Shown piece by piece: positions 8,142 to 16,959 of a stretch of 64,000 nt of DNA. Each line of letters opens with the position of its first letter. Position 1 is the stretch's first letter. Position numbers and translations under genes: made by a program. The stretch comes from Actinomycetota bacterium (GTDB taxonomy: Bacteria; Actinomycetota; Acidimicrobiia; Acidimicrobiales; Aldehydirespiratoraceae), in NCBI GenBank assembly GCA_039188975.1, contig JBCCYT010000001.1, positions 13,130 through 77,129 on the forward strand. Direction: 5' to 3'. A model generated the notes under the pieces. That model searched no databases. It was not told where the DNA came from and saw only the letters and a list, made by a program, of their open reading frames with translations.

Positions 8142-9545
8142 ATGACCAACAGCACAAGCCGAGGGCGCAATCCCTGGCTTTTGATCCTGAGCCTGCTCGC
8201 TGCGTTCTCGTTGATCGCAGCGGCGTGTGGCGATGATGACGACGATGCGGCGTCTGGTGACGACGCGTCCGAGTCCGATTCAGCGTCGTCGAGCGACATG
8301 GCTGATGACAGTGGCGAGAGCCGCTCCATCACCGTGGCCCTCGTCGGCAACGACAACATCACCCGCATGGGTGAACTCGCAGCGGAGTACTTCACGCCCG
8401 AGACCGGCATCGAGGTGAACCTGACGGTGCTCGACGAGCAGACCCTGCGCGAGGTCACCACCCGTGACGTGGGCGCTGGCGGCGAGCAGTTCGACGTCGT
8501 CCAGATCGGTATGTACGAGACCCCGCAGTTTGGCGCCAATGGCTGGCTCGTCGGCCTCAACGACCTCGCAGCGGCCTCTGACACCTACGACATCGACGAC
8601 CTGATCCCGGCCGTCCGCAACGGTCTCTCGGTCGACGGCGAGCTCTACGCATCGCCGTTCTACGCCGAGTCGTCGTTCGTCATGTACCGCTCGGACATCA
8701 TCGACAACATGCCGGCCGCTCCCACGTGGGAAGAGGTCGCCGCGATCGCCCGAGAGGTCGACACCGAAGAGATGGCTGGCATCTGTCTGCGCGGCAAGCC
8801 CGGCTGGGGTGACCTCGGCGCGGCCTTCACCACGGTGCTCAACACCTTCGGTGGCACGTGGTGGCTCGCCAACGACGACGGCTCCATCGGTGCCTCACAG
8901 GTCGACCAGCCCGAGTTCGCCGAAGCGCTGAACTTCTACGTCGACCTGCTCAACGACGCTGGTGAAGACGACGCCGCCAACTCGAGCTTCAACGAGTGCA
9001 AGACGCTGTACGAAGAGGGCAAGGTCGCCATGTGGTACGACGCCACTGTTGCCGCCAGCCTCTTCCCGGATGACGTGGTCGCCAACACCGCCTTCGCCCT
9101 CGCTCCGACCAAGGAGACCGAGGCCTCCGGCTGGCTCTGGGCCTGGACCCTCGCCATCCCGGTCAGCACCACCGATCAGGACGCCGCCTGGCAGTTCATC
9201 GACTGGGCGACCAACGCCGACTACCACGAGCTCATTGCGAGTGAAGACGGCTGGCGCGCCGTGCCACCCGGCACCCGCACCTCGCTCTACGAGCGCCCCG
9301 AGTATCTCGAGGCAGCCGAAGCTTTCGCCCAGCGCACCCTCGACGCCATGCTCGCCGCACCGATCGACAACCCCGGTACCACGCCGCGGCCCGGTCTTCC
9401 CGGCGTGCAGTACGTGGGCGTTCCTGAGTTCCAAGACGTCGGGACCCGTTGCACCGAGCTCTTCTCGGCGGCGATCGCTGGCTCGATGAGCGTCGACGAT
9501 GCGCTTGCCGACTGCCACATCATCGCATCGGAAGTGAGCAACTAG
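8142..9545 (+). CDS. ABC transporter extracellular sugar/polyol-binding lipoprotein (family 1 SBP)
   Basis: ORF 8097-9545. ATG 8142 is preceded by GGAGGAG (8131-8137). Signal/lipobox-like LLAAFSLIAAAC followed by an Asp/Ser-rich linker. The context (polyol dehydrogenase, two MalFG-type permeases, MalK-type ATPase) supports the call. Confidence 0.85.
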   Translation: MTNSTSRGRNPWLLILSLLAAFSLIAAACGDDDDDAASGDDASESDSASSSDMADDSGESRSITVALVGNDNITRMGELAAEYFTPETGIEVNLTVLDEQTLREVTTRDVGAGGEQFDVVQIGMYETPQFGANGWLVGLNDLAAASDTYDIDDLIPAVRNGLSVDGELYASPFYAESSFVMYRSDIIDNMPAAPTWEEVAAIAREVDTEEMAGICLRGKPGWGDLGAAFTTVLNTFGGTWWLANDDGSIGASQVDQPEFAEALNFYVDLLNDAGEDDAANSSFNECKTLYEEGKVAMWYDATVAASLFPDDVVANTAFALAPTKETEASGWLWAWTLAIPVSTTDQDAAWQFIDWATNADYHELIASEDGWRAVPPGTRTSLYERPEYLEAAEAFAQRTLDAMLAAPIDNPGTTPRPGLPGVQYVGVPEFQDVGTRCTELFSAAIAGSMSVDDALADCHIIASEVSN

Positions 9546-9606
9546 GGGTTCACACAAGGTCACGCGCCACCGCAGGTTGCGTGACAGAAGCCAACACTGG
9601 GACCCT

Positions 9607-9638
9607 GTCCGGCCGGGCGTTTCCACGCCCGGCCGGAC
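9607..9638 (+). promoter_or_regulatory. intercistronic GC-rich stem-loop (13-bp perfect stem) between the SBP and permease genes
   Basis: GTCCGGCCGGGCG (9607-9619), loop TTTCCA, CGCCCGGCCGGAC (9626-9638). No U-tract follows. A second 7-bp hairpin GTCACGC...GCGTGAC sits about 40 nt upstream. Confidence 0.6.
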
Positions 9639-9677
9639 ATGTCTCACACCGGCCGCGACGACACCAGGGGGAGTGGT

Positions 9678-10625
9678 ATGGCGAACGCCGACGTCGAGCG
9701 CGAACTCGACACACAGGACGAGGCTCGCACTCGCGAGATCAAGCGTCTGGAACGCCGAGAAGGATGGAAACGGCGCCTGCCGATTCTTCCCGCGCTGCTC
9801 TTCACCATCGTGGTGACGCAGATCCCGTTCCTGTTCACGCTGTTCTACAGCCTGACCGACTGGCGCATCGACAAGGTCGAGCCTCGGCAGTTCATCGGCC
9901 TCGACAACTACACCGGGCTGACATCGGAGAGCGAGAAGTTCTTCCGCGAGGCGGCGTGGGTCAGCGTTCAGATGACGGTGATGGCGGTCCTTTTCTCACT
10001 GCTTGTCGGCACCGCGCTCGCCTTGCTCCTCGATCGGAAGTTCTTCGGCCAGGGGTTCATCCGCACCTTGCTCATCACCCCGTTCCTCGTGATGCCGGTC
10101 GTCGCCGGCCTCATGTGGAAAACACAGATGCTCAACTTCAACTTCGGCATCATCAACTGGCTCCTCAACGGCCTCGGCCAGGATTCCGTCGAGTTCGCGA
10201 CCCGGTATCCGATGGCGTCGGTGATCGTCGTGCTCGTCTGGCAGTGGAGCCCGTTCATGATGCTGATCGTGCTCGCCGGTCTCCAGGGGCAGGACCAGTC
10301 GGTCCTCGAGGCGGCTCGAGTCGACGGTGCGACGACCTTCGGCATCTTCCGGCAGATCACCTTGCCCCAACTCCGGCCCTTCCTCGAGTTGGGAACGTTG
10401 CTCGGCGCGATCTATCTGATCCAGGTGTACGACCACATCGAGGTGATCGTCGGCGGCCAGCCCGGCGCCAACAACCTGCCGTTCTACATCGCGCAACGAT
10501 CGATCGGCGGCGGCAACCGGTTCGGTCTGGCCTCCTCGTACTCGATCATCGTGGTCATCGCATCGATCATCATCGCCAATATCGGACTCCGGGTGCTGTC
10601 CAACCTGCTGGAGGACAACTCGTGA
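9678..10625 (+). CDS. sugar ABC transporter permease (MalF/UgpA-type)
   Basis: ORF 9639-10625. ATG 9678 follows GGGGGAG. Multiple TM segments and the EAA loop LEAARVDGATTFGIFRQITLPQL. Confidence 0.85.
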   Translation: MANADVERELDTQDEARTREIKRLERREGWKRRLPILPALLFTIVVTQIPFLFTLFYSLTDWRIDKVEPRQFIGLDNYTGLTSESEKFFREAAWVSVQMTVMAVLFSLLVGTALALLLDRKFFGQGFIRTLLITPFLVMPVVAGLMWKTQMLNFNFGIINWLLNGLGQDSVEFATRYPMASVIVVLVWQWSPFMMLIVLAGLQGQDQSVLEAARVDGATTFGIFRQITLPQLRPFLELGTLLGAIYLIQVYDHIEVIVGGQPGANNLPFYIAQRSIGGGNRFGLASSYSIIVVIASIIIANIGLRVLSNLLEDNS

Positions 10626-11494
10626 TGGCCATGTTCACCCGTGCCCCCAAAGCCGAGCCGATCCTCGGCCAGAACCGCGCCGTCGCCCATCTGCTGTCGT
10701 TTCTGACATGGATCATCGGGCTGGTGTTCTTCTTCCCGCTCTTTTGGCTGACGATCAATGGCTTCAAAGAGGAGTCGGTCGCCAGCGGCGACCCCACCCT
10801 GAACTTCGATCCGACGCTTGATCAGTTCCGGGAGGTGACGGAGTCCAACTCCGGCCTGCTCAGCTTCGGTGAAGCGTTCGGCAACTCGTTCTGGATCGTG
10901 CTGATCTCGACGGTGCTGGTCATGGTGCTCGCCATCCCGGCCGCCTATGCGCTGTCGATCCGGCCGATGAAGCGATGGCGCGACATCCTGTTCTTTTTCA
11001 TCTCGACGAAGTTCCTCCCGATCGTCGGCATCATCATGCCGGTCTGGATCATCGCCCGAGACCTGGACCTGCTCGGGACCCGGACCGTGCTCGTCGTCCT
11101 CTACACCGCGATGAACCTTCCGCTCGCGGTCTGGATGCTGCGGTCGTTCTTCGCCGAGGTCCCGAAGGAGTTGCTCGAGGCCGCGCAAATCGACGGGTGC
11201 AGCCTGCTGGGGCAGATCCGTCAGGTCCTCTTGCCGATCGTGGCACCGGGGGTCGCCGCCACCGCGCTGCTGTGCGTGATCTTCGCGTGGAATGAGTTCT
11301 TCTTTGCCCTGCAGCTGAATCCGACCGGCGCATCGACCATTCCGGTGTGGGTCAACTCCCAGCAGAAGTTCCAGGGCCAGTTCATCGCCTCCCTGAGCGC
11401 CGCATCGGTGTTGGCGACCCTGCCCGTGGTGCTTGCCGGCTGGGTGGCCCAGAAGCGCATGATTCGTGGCCTCGCGATGGGAGCCATCAAGTGA
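10625..11494 (+). CDS. sugar ABC transporter permease (MalG/UgpE-type)
   Basis: This is the 3' part of ORF 9449-11494. ATG 10625 (or GTG 10622) overlaps the upstream TGA 10623-10625. EAA loop LLEAAQIDGCSLLGQIRQVLLPIVAPG. Confidence 0.85.
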   Translation: MAMFTRAPKAEPILGQNRAVAHLLSFLTWIIGLVFFFPLFWLTINGFKEESVASGDPTLNFDPTLDQFREVTESNSGLLSFGEAFGNSFWIVLISTVLVMVLAIPAAYALSIRPMKRWRDILFFFISTKFLPIVGIIMPVWIIARDLDLLGTRTVLVVLYTAMNLPLAVWMLRSFFAEVPKELLEAAQIDGCSLLGQIRQVLLPIVAPGVAATALLCVIFAWNEFFFALQLNPTGASTIPVWVNSQQKFQGQFIASLSAASVLATLPVVLAGWVAQKRMIRGLAMGAIK

Positions 11495-11527
11495 CCGAAA
11501 CGCTCATCTCCTCGAAGGGAGTCCGTC

Positions 11528-12607
11528 ATGGCTGACGTCCGCTATGACTCCGCATCTCGCATCTACCCAGGCACCGAAACCCCGGCGGTCGACGCCTTGA
11601 GTCTCGACATCGCTGATGGTGAGTTGCTGGTGCTCGTCGGCCCGTCCGGGTCGGGCAAGTCGACCGCGCTGCGCATGCTTGCCGGTCTCGAGACCGTCAA
11701 CCGCGGCGGCATCTTCATCAATGACGTCGATGTCACGTTGACGCCGCCCCAGGACCGCGACATCGCAATGGTGTTCCAGAACTACGCGCTCTATCCGAGC
11801 ATGACCGTTGGCCAGAACATGGGTTTCGCGCTGAAGCAAGCGAAGGTCCCCAAAGAGGAACGGGATCGCAAGGTCCGAGAAGCGGCCCGGATTCTCGACC
11901 TCGAGGAGTACCTCGACCGCAAGCCCAAGAATCTCTCCGGCGGTCAACGCCAACGGGTGGCGATGGGTCGCGCGATCGTGCGGGAGCCTCAGGTGTTCTT
12001 GATGGACGAGCCGCTGTCAAACCTCGACGCCAAGCTCCGTGTGCAGACTCGTACCGAGCTCGCCGACCTGCAGGCGCGTCTGGGCGTGACCACGGTGTAC
12101 GTCACGCACGATCAGGTTGAGGCGATGACGATGGGCCACCGGGTGGCGGTGCTCAACTTCGGGGTGCTGCAGCAGGTCGACACTCCGTCGGTGCTCTACG
12201 CCAAGCCGAAGAATCGATTTGTCGCCGGATTCATCGGCTCCCCGGCGATGAACCTCGTCGACGTCGAGCCGACGGATGGGGCTGTGATGCTTGGCGAGAT
12301 GTCGGTGCCGCTGACGCCATCGATGCAGCAGGGGCTCCGGAGCGGTGCGGTGGGCCAGCACACCATTGGAATTCGGCCCGAGCATCTCGCGATCGGTGCG
12401 GACGGGGTCGGGGGCGAGGTTGTGGTTGTCGAGGAGCTTGGTTCGGAGTCGTTCCTGCACGTGGTCATCGAGCATCAGGGTGCGTCGCTCACCCTGCAGG
12501 TCCGAGCCGAAGGGGAAACGTCGATCCGGCGAGGCGATCGGGTTCGGGTTGGGGTCGATGGGCCGGTCCACCTCTTCTCGCCCGACGGCGAACGAGTCGG
12601 TGACTGA
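11528..12607 (+). CDS. sugar ABC transporter ATP-binding protein (MalK/UgpC-type)
   Basis: Walker A GPSGSGKST, signature LSGGQRQRVAMGRA, Walker B VFLMDEPLSNLD, plus a C-terminal regulatory (TOBE-like) domain. GAAGGGAG lies upstream of the ATG. Confidence 0.9.
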   Translation: MADVRYDSASRIYPGTETPAVDALSLDIADGELLVLVGPSGSGKSTALRMLAGLETVNRGGIFINDVDVTLTPPQDRDIAMVFQNYALYPSMTVGQNMGFALKQAKVPKEERDRKVREAARILDLEEYLDRKPKNLSGGQRQRVAMGRAIVREPQVFLMDEPLSNLDAKLRVQTRTELADLQARLGVTTVYVTHDQVEAMTMGHRVAVLNFGVLQQVDTPSVLYAKPKNRFVAGFIGSPAMNLVDVEPTDGAVMLGEMSVPLTPSMQQGLRSGAVGQHTIGIRPEHLAIGADGVGGEVVVVEELGSESFLHVVIEHQGASLTLQVRAEGETSIRRGDRVRVGVDGPVHLFSPDGERVGD

Positions 12608-12676
12608 TCGTTCGGACCATCCGTAGCCCGAGGCAACCCTCCTCGTCTGGGTGCTGCGGGTGGTTCGAGCGGTGGA

Positions 12677-13246
12677 TCAACGACCTTGCCTGACGATGTC
12701 GCGCCGTTGCGCTCGCGCCGGGGTCAACCAGTCGGCAACCAGTTCGGCGACGTCGCTCGAGAACGACGGTTGGGTCGCAACGTTGGGCAGCTCGATCGCG
12801 ACCTCCTCGAGTGAGGAGAGCATCTCGCGCACCGATCCGTAGTCGACCACACTGGCGAGCGACTCGCATGCCGCTCGCGTGACGTCGATTTCGTCGATGC
12901 GGAGCACAGCGGCGGTTCCCGGCACTCGACCGACCGCCTCGGCGAACGCGAGTCCGGCGGTGCGAAAGAGCAGTGTCACTTGAGCCCACGCGGAACGGGT
13001 GGCGGGGGAGACGACATGTCGATGGTGCACCATCACGTTCGCGGTGAGTTCGAGCAGCTCGGCGGTCCACATGAGCGACCGTTGGTCGAAGCCGTGATCG
13101 ATCAGTGACGCGACGAGGGTGCGTGCGACCTCGATGTCGGTGGTGGTGAACCACTGCTTGGGGTTGGGTTCCGTCGCGTCGAGGATCATCGGCAGGGCTT
13201 CTCGAGCCGCCGAGACAAGTGCCTCGATGAGTTCTTCGTCTGCCAC
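12677..13246 (-). CDS. hypothetical protein (predicted all-helical, no recognised family)
   Basis: ORF 12677-13246. GTG start preceded by GGAGAGGG. Genic composition, and the competing overlapping frames are Arg-rich junk. No motif recognised. Confidence 0.5.
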   Translation of the reverse strand: MADEELIEALVSAAREALPMILDATEPNPKQWFTTTDIEVARTLVASLIDHGFDQRSLMWTAELLELTANVMVHHRHVVSPATRSAWAQVTLLFRTAGLAFAEAVGRVPGTAAVLRIDEIDVTRAACESLASVVDYGSVREMLSSLEEVAIELPNVATQPSFSSDVAELVADWLTPARAQRRDIVRQGR

Positions 13247-13310
13247 GACACCCTCTCCGGAGATTGTTACCGGCAGGTAATATAGTGTCGTTTTGGCGAC
13301 AGTGATGAGA

Positions 13311-13661
13311 TTAGAGCGGCTGGTTGAGTTCGACCTCGTTGCCGGACGGATCGGTCAGGAACGCCTGCCGGCAGATGCCGGAAATCTCACCCGATCGAGT
13401 CGGCTCGATGCCGTGGTTCGACAGCTCGACGAGCGCTTCAGCAAGGTCGGCGACCTCCACCGCAAAGTGCTGCCCGACCGCCTTCGGTGGAGGGAACCCG
13501 AGCAGATGAAGCTCGCCGCTATCACCGAGGCGCATCCACGCTCCATCGAAGTCAAACGCCGGCCGCTCGATCTCTCGAAAGCCGAGCGCGGTGTAGAACG
13601 CAACGCACGCGGGAACGTCAGTCACATTGAGCGAGACATGATGCACCGCTCTCGCGACCAT
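13311..13661 (-). CDS. VOC (glyoxalase/bleomycin-resistance/dioxygenase) family protein
   Basis: C-terminal 116 aa of ORF 13311-13997, starting MVARAVHHVSLNVTDV (the typical VOC beta-alpha-beta-beta-beta start). Its ATG shares one base with the menG stop (TGATG). Confidence 0.75.
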   Translation of the reverse strand: MVARAVHHVSLNVTDVPACVAFYTALGFREIERPAFDFDGAWMRLGDSGELHLLGFPPPKAVGQHFAVEVADLAEALVELSNHGIEPTRSGEISGICRQAFLTDPSGNEVELNQPL

Positions 13662-14389
13662 CACCCACTCCTCGTCGCGGTGAAGAGATGGGCGCCGGTG
13701 AAGACCTTGCGCTCGACCTCGATGAAGCCAGCCGCCTCCATCTGGGTCCGTAGCTCGGGCCACGGGGGAAGGTAGGCGACCGACTTCGGGAGGTACGCAT
13801 AAGCCCGCCCTTCGCTCAACAGGCCACCGATGACCGGCACCACTCGGTTGAAGTAGATGCCGTGCCCGAAACGGAGTACTGGATTCTCCGGTGGCGACGC
13901 GTCGAGGAACGCGATCCGGCCCCCCGGCCGCACCACCCGTGCGACTTCCTCGAAGAAGCCTTCGAGTTCGATGAGGTTCCGGAGCGCGAAGCCACACGTC
14001 GCACCATCGACCGACCCGTCAGCCAACGGCATCGCCAAGATGTCGGCGTGGACCAGTGGTGACTCGGTGCGGGCCGCCGCCAGCATCCCCATCGAGAGAT
14101 CGAGCCCGACGGCGACCATCCCGTTCCGTTCGATTTCGCGACAGAAGTCGCCGGTCCCGCAAGCCAGATCGATCACGACGGACCCAGCCGGAATGCCGAG
14201 TTTCCTCATCGACGCCTTGCGCCAGCGAACGTCGAGGCCAAACGACATGATGCGGTTCACCAGGTCATAGCGCGGCGCGATCGTGTCGAAGAGAGACCGG
14301 ACTTGACGGCGCTTCTCCTCGCCGCTCGGCAAGTTGTCGGGGTCGACCGTGACACCCTCGTCGAGGATCGGCGAACCCGAGGCGTTCAC
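13661..14389 (-). CDS. menG: demethylmenaquinone methyltransferase (UbiE/MenG)
   Basis: ORF 13661-14572. GTG 14389 overlaps the upstream gene's TGA (GTGA). UbiE N-terminal signature VRSLFDTIAPRYDLVNRIMSFGLDVRWRK and SAM motif VIDLACGTGDF. Confidence 0.85.
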   Translation of the reverse strand: MNASGSPILDEGVTVDPDNLPSGEEKRRQVRSLFDTIAPRYDLVNRIMSFGLDVRWRKASMRKLGIPAGSVVIDLACGTGDFCREIERNGMVAVGLDLSMGMLAAARTESPLVHADILAMPLADGSVDGATCGFALRNLIELEGFFEEVARVVRPGGRIAFLDASPPENPVLRFGHGIYFNRVVPVIGGLLSEGRAYAYLPKSVAYLPPWPELRTQMEAAGFIEVERKVFTGAHLFTATRSG

Positions 14390-14790
14390 TTGAACCAGAC
14401 CTTCTGGTAGTCGGCGCTCATCGGGTGAAGCAGGAGCGCCACGAGCGCAATGTCGAACATCAGCGAGATGGGGTTCCAGAACAGTGCGTCGAAGAGGCCG
14501 TCGTCGACCAAGATCTGGATCCGGACCAGAAAGGGGGCGAAGGCGGAGACGACACCGAGTTGGTAACCCCACTTGCGCTCATTGGCAATGCCGTAGGCGC
14601 CTGCCACAAGGCCGATGGTGTTCAGCAACAGGTACAACGCACCGATCAGCGACGAGCCGAACAGCGCGACGCTGCCCACGCCCAGGAGTCCACCGAACAA
14701 CAGGGCGAGACCACCCCGGATGTACATGATCACATGGGCGATGTACAGCGTCTGTGGCTGGCGATTGTTGATCCAGATCTGCTCGGACAT
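14386..14790 (-). CDS. integral membrane protein, function unknown
   Basis: ORF 14386-14892. Start at ATG 14790 (MSEQIWINN). Four hydrophobic segments and no recognised motif. Confidence 0.55.
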   Translation of the reverse strand: MSEQIWINNRQPQTLYIAHVIMYIRGGLALLFGGLLGVGSVALFGSSLIGALYLLLNTIGLVAGAYGIANERKWGYQLGVVSAFAPFLVRIQILVDDGLFDALFWNPISLMFDIALVALLLHPMSADYQKVWFK

Positions 14791-14837
14791 ACATCCAGTA
14801 TGGAAGGCCGGGCCGCGCAAACGGCACACGGGCGGGA

Positions 14838-15911
14838 TCAGCGTCGACGGGGTGGCTCGACGAGCTGGCGGCTGGCGCGGAGCTGGCCGCACGCGGCATC
14901 GATCTCGGTGCCGCGCGTGCGGCGAACGGTGGCGTTTGCCCCCCGGTCGTTCAGTGCATCGCGGAATGCGTACACCCGGTCGAGGGGTGTTCCTCGGGTG
15001 AGGTAGCCCGGCGTCGGGTTGAGCGGGATCAGGTTGATGTGGGCCCGCAGGGAGCGGGCGTAGTCGGCGAGTTCATCGACATCGGACGGTCGGTCGTTCA
15101 CACCGTCGATCAGTGCCCATTCAAACGACAGACGCCGATTCGTGGCGTCCAGATATCGCTGGCAGGCTGCGGCGAGTCGATCGAGCGGATATCGCCGGTT
15201 GAGGGGCACGAGCTTCTCGCGGTCCGCGTCGTTTGCCGAATGCAGTGACACGGCCAGATTCACCGGCAGCGCTTCTTCGGCGAGTCGTTCGATGCCCGGG
15301 ACGACACCAACGGTGGAGATCGTGATGTGGCGGGCGCCGATGCCGAGGTCGCGGTTGATGCGTTCGACGGCCGCCCAGGTGCGGTCGTAGTTCGCGAACG
15401 GTTCGCCCATTCCCATGAACACGATGTTCGACACTCGGCGAGGCGCTGATTGGCGGCGGGCGCGCACGATCTGCTCGACGATCTCACCGACCGACAGGTG
15501 TCGATCGAACCCGGATTGGCCGGTGGCGCAGAAACTGCAGGCCATCGCACATCCAGCCTGCGATGACACACACACCGTCGTACGGTCGTCGTAGTGCATC
15601 AGCACGGTTTCGATCGTGCGGTCGTCGTGGAGCCGCCACAGCCATTTGACCGTGTCGCCGTCGTCGCTGATGGACTCGTGTTCGGGGGTGAGCCCCATCG
15701 GGAGTTGCTCGGCGAGCTGTGCTCGCAGCTTTTTGGGGACATTGCTGAGGGCTTCGAGATCGTCGCCTCGTTCGTGGAGCCCATTCCACACCTGGTCGAT
15801 GCGGTATCGAGGTTCGCCGTCGAGCATCGAGGCGAGCTCATCGCGGGTTGGGTCGTAGCGAAGCACCGGTGCGTCGCGGCGCGAGCGCCCAGCGATTTGC
15901 AGCGTCGTCAT
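14838..15911 (-). CDS. rlmN: 23S rRNA/tRNA adenine-C2 methyltransferase, radical SAM
   Basis: ORF 14838-16040. Start at ATG 15911 (MTTLQIAG), overlapping the upstream stop as ATGA. Motifs CAMACSFCATG, NIVFMGMGEPFANY and IDAACGQL. Confidence 0.9.
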   Translation of the reverse strand: MTTLQIAGRSRRDAPVLRYDPTRDELASMLDGEPRYRIDQVWNGLHERGDDLEALSNVPKKLRAQLAEQLPMGLTPEHESISDDGDTVKWLWRLHDDRTIETVLMHYDDRTTVCVSSQAGCAMACSFCATGQSGFDRHLSVGEIVEQIVRARRQSAPRRVSNIVFMGMGEPFANYDRTWAAVERINRDLGIGARHITISTVGVVPGIERLAEEALPVNLAVSLHSANDADREKLVPLNRRYPLDRLAAACQRYLDATNRRLSFEWALIDGVNDRPSDVDELADYARSLRAHINLIPLNPTPGYLTRGTPLDRVYAFRDALNDRGANATVRRTRGTEIDAACGQLRASRQLVEPPRRR

Positions 15912-16642
15912 CGGCGGAGCGCGTAGGCGCGGTCGGTGTGGTGTCGACGGAAGCCGATCGCTTCGTAGGTGGCGTTGGCGGGTTCGTTGTCGGACTCGAC
16001 GTACAGCATGCCGTCGGCAAGTCCTTGCTCGGTCAGCCACTCGAGGCCGGCGAGCGTCATGGGTTTTCCGAGCCCGCGGCCGTGGTGGTCGGGGTCGATC
16101 GCGATCACATAGATCTCGCCGAGGTTTGGTTCGACGTCACGATGGATCTTGGTCCAGCAGTACCCGACGAGCGCATCGGTTTCGGCGTCGTGGAGCAGGC
16201 GAAAGCCGTCGGCAGAGAACCAGGGTTCGGCCATCGTGCGTTCGACGGCGGCGTGGGTGAGGCCGCCTTGCTCCGGGTGCCAGTGAAAGGCGCGATTGTT
16301 GACCTGGACGAACGCGTCGAGGTCGTCGAGGGTGAAGGCGCGGGTGGTGAGTCCGCTCGGGGCGGCGGGAAGGTCACAACGCAGCTGCCACAGATCTCGG
16401 TAGGGCGCAAAGCCGAGTCCGGTTGCTGCGTCGTGGGCGGCATCGTCGACCTCTCGGATCCACAGCTGGACGTCGCCGTCTTCGGCGGTCGCGAGCGGGC
16501 CTTCGATCGCTGCGGTGACGTCAGCGCCGCGTCGATGCTCAGAGACGACGATCGACCAACGAAAGTCGCCGTCGTTGGGGCCGTCGAGGGTTGCGATCAC
16601 GACGGTCAGGCTAGCGACCAGACCCGGTGAGACCCGTGGCAT
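15908..16642 (-). CDS. mshD: GNAT acetyltransferase, mycothiol-synthase (MshD)-like
   Basis: ORF 15908-16642. The C-terminal GNAT domain has MshD-like FHWHPEQGGLT and GEIYVIAIDPDHHGRGLGKPMT. The N-terminal domain is shorter than I would expect for MshD. Confidence 0.55.
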   Translation of the reverse strand: MPRVSPGLVASLTVVIATLDGPNDGDFRWSIVVSEHRRGADVTAAIEGPLATAEDGDVQLWIREVDDAAHDAATGLGFAPYRDLWQLRCDLPAAPSGLTTRAFTLDDLDAFVQVNNRAFHWHPEQGGLTHAAVERTMAEPWFSADGFRLLHDAETDALVGYCWTKIHRDVEPNLGEIYVIAIDPDHHGRGLGKPMTLAGLEWLTEQGLADGMLYVESDNEPANATYEAIGFRRHHTDRAYALRR

Positions 16643-16794
16643 CTCGGACCTGAACCTCGTCTAGGGGCGATGGACCACGTTTATCGCCGCAAAATAGGGC
16701 ACTACGTCACTGTCTCACCACACAGCGTGGATTTGTGGAGAAAAATGCCCACCAGTTGTCACCAGTGTCGACAAAGCCTTGCTATGGTCACGGA

Positions 16795-16900
16795 CCTGGC
16801 TGAGCACCCGCCGCTCGGCCCTGAGGTGACACGAGGGATCCGCCGCCCTGTGTCGCCGGCGGCCACCTCCGTCACCGGAGGTGGCCGCTTTCCATTTTTG
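16795..16900 (+). ncRNA. candidate small RNA (about 100 nt) defined by an orphan extended -10 and an intrinsic terminator
   Basis: TGCTATGGT (16780-16788) is a TGn-TAnnnT extended -10. Two hairpins have C-rich loops (16799-16819 and 16829-16853). The terminator is at 16861-16900. Both flanking genes are on the opposite strand. Family unknown. Confidence 0.3.
16861..16900 (+). terminator. intrinsic terminator (11-bp perfect stem plus T-rich tail)
   Basis: GGCCACCTCCG (16861-16871), loop TCAC, CGGAGGTGGCC (16876-16886), then GCTTTCCATTTTTG. Confidence 0.7.
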
Positions 16901-16959
16901 CGTCCGCATCGCCATCAGCGTCGGCGGTAGACCGCCCGGCCGAGACGACGATCGCGAGG

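Noticed and set aside
16670-16930. 86-aa plus-strand ORF in the mshD-hisD spacer (contains a CxxC-like SCHQC)
   Set aside because: It reads through both arms of the terminator hairpin, ends in an Arg/His-rich run, has no RBS, and its composition is unlike the neighbouring genes. The region is better explained as non-coding RNA.
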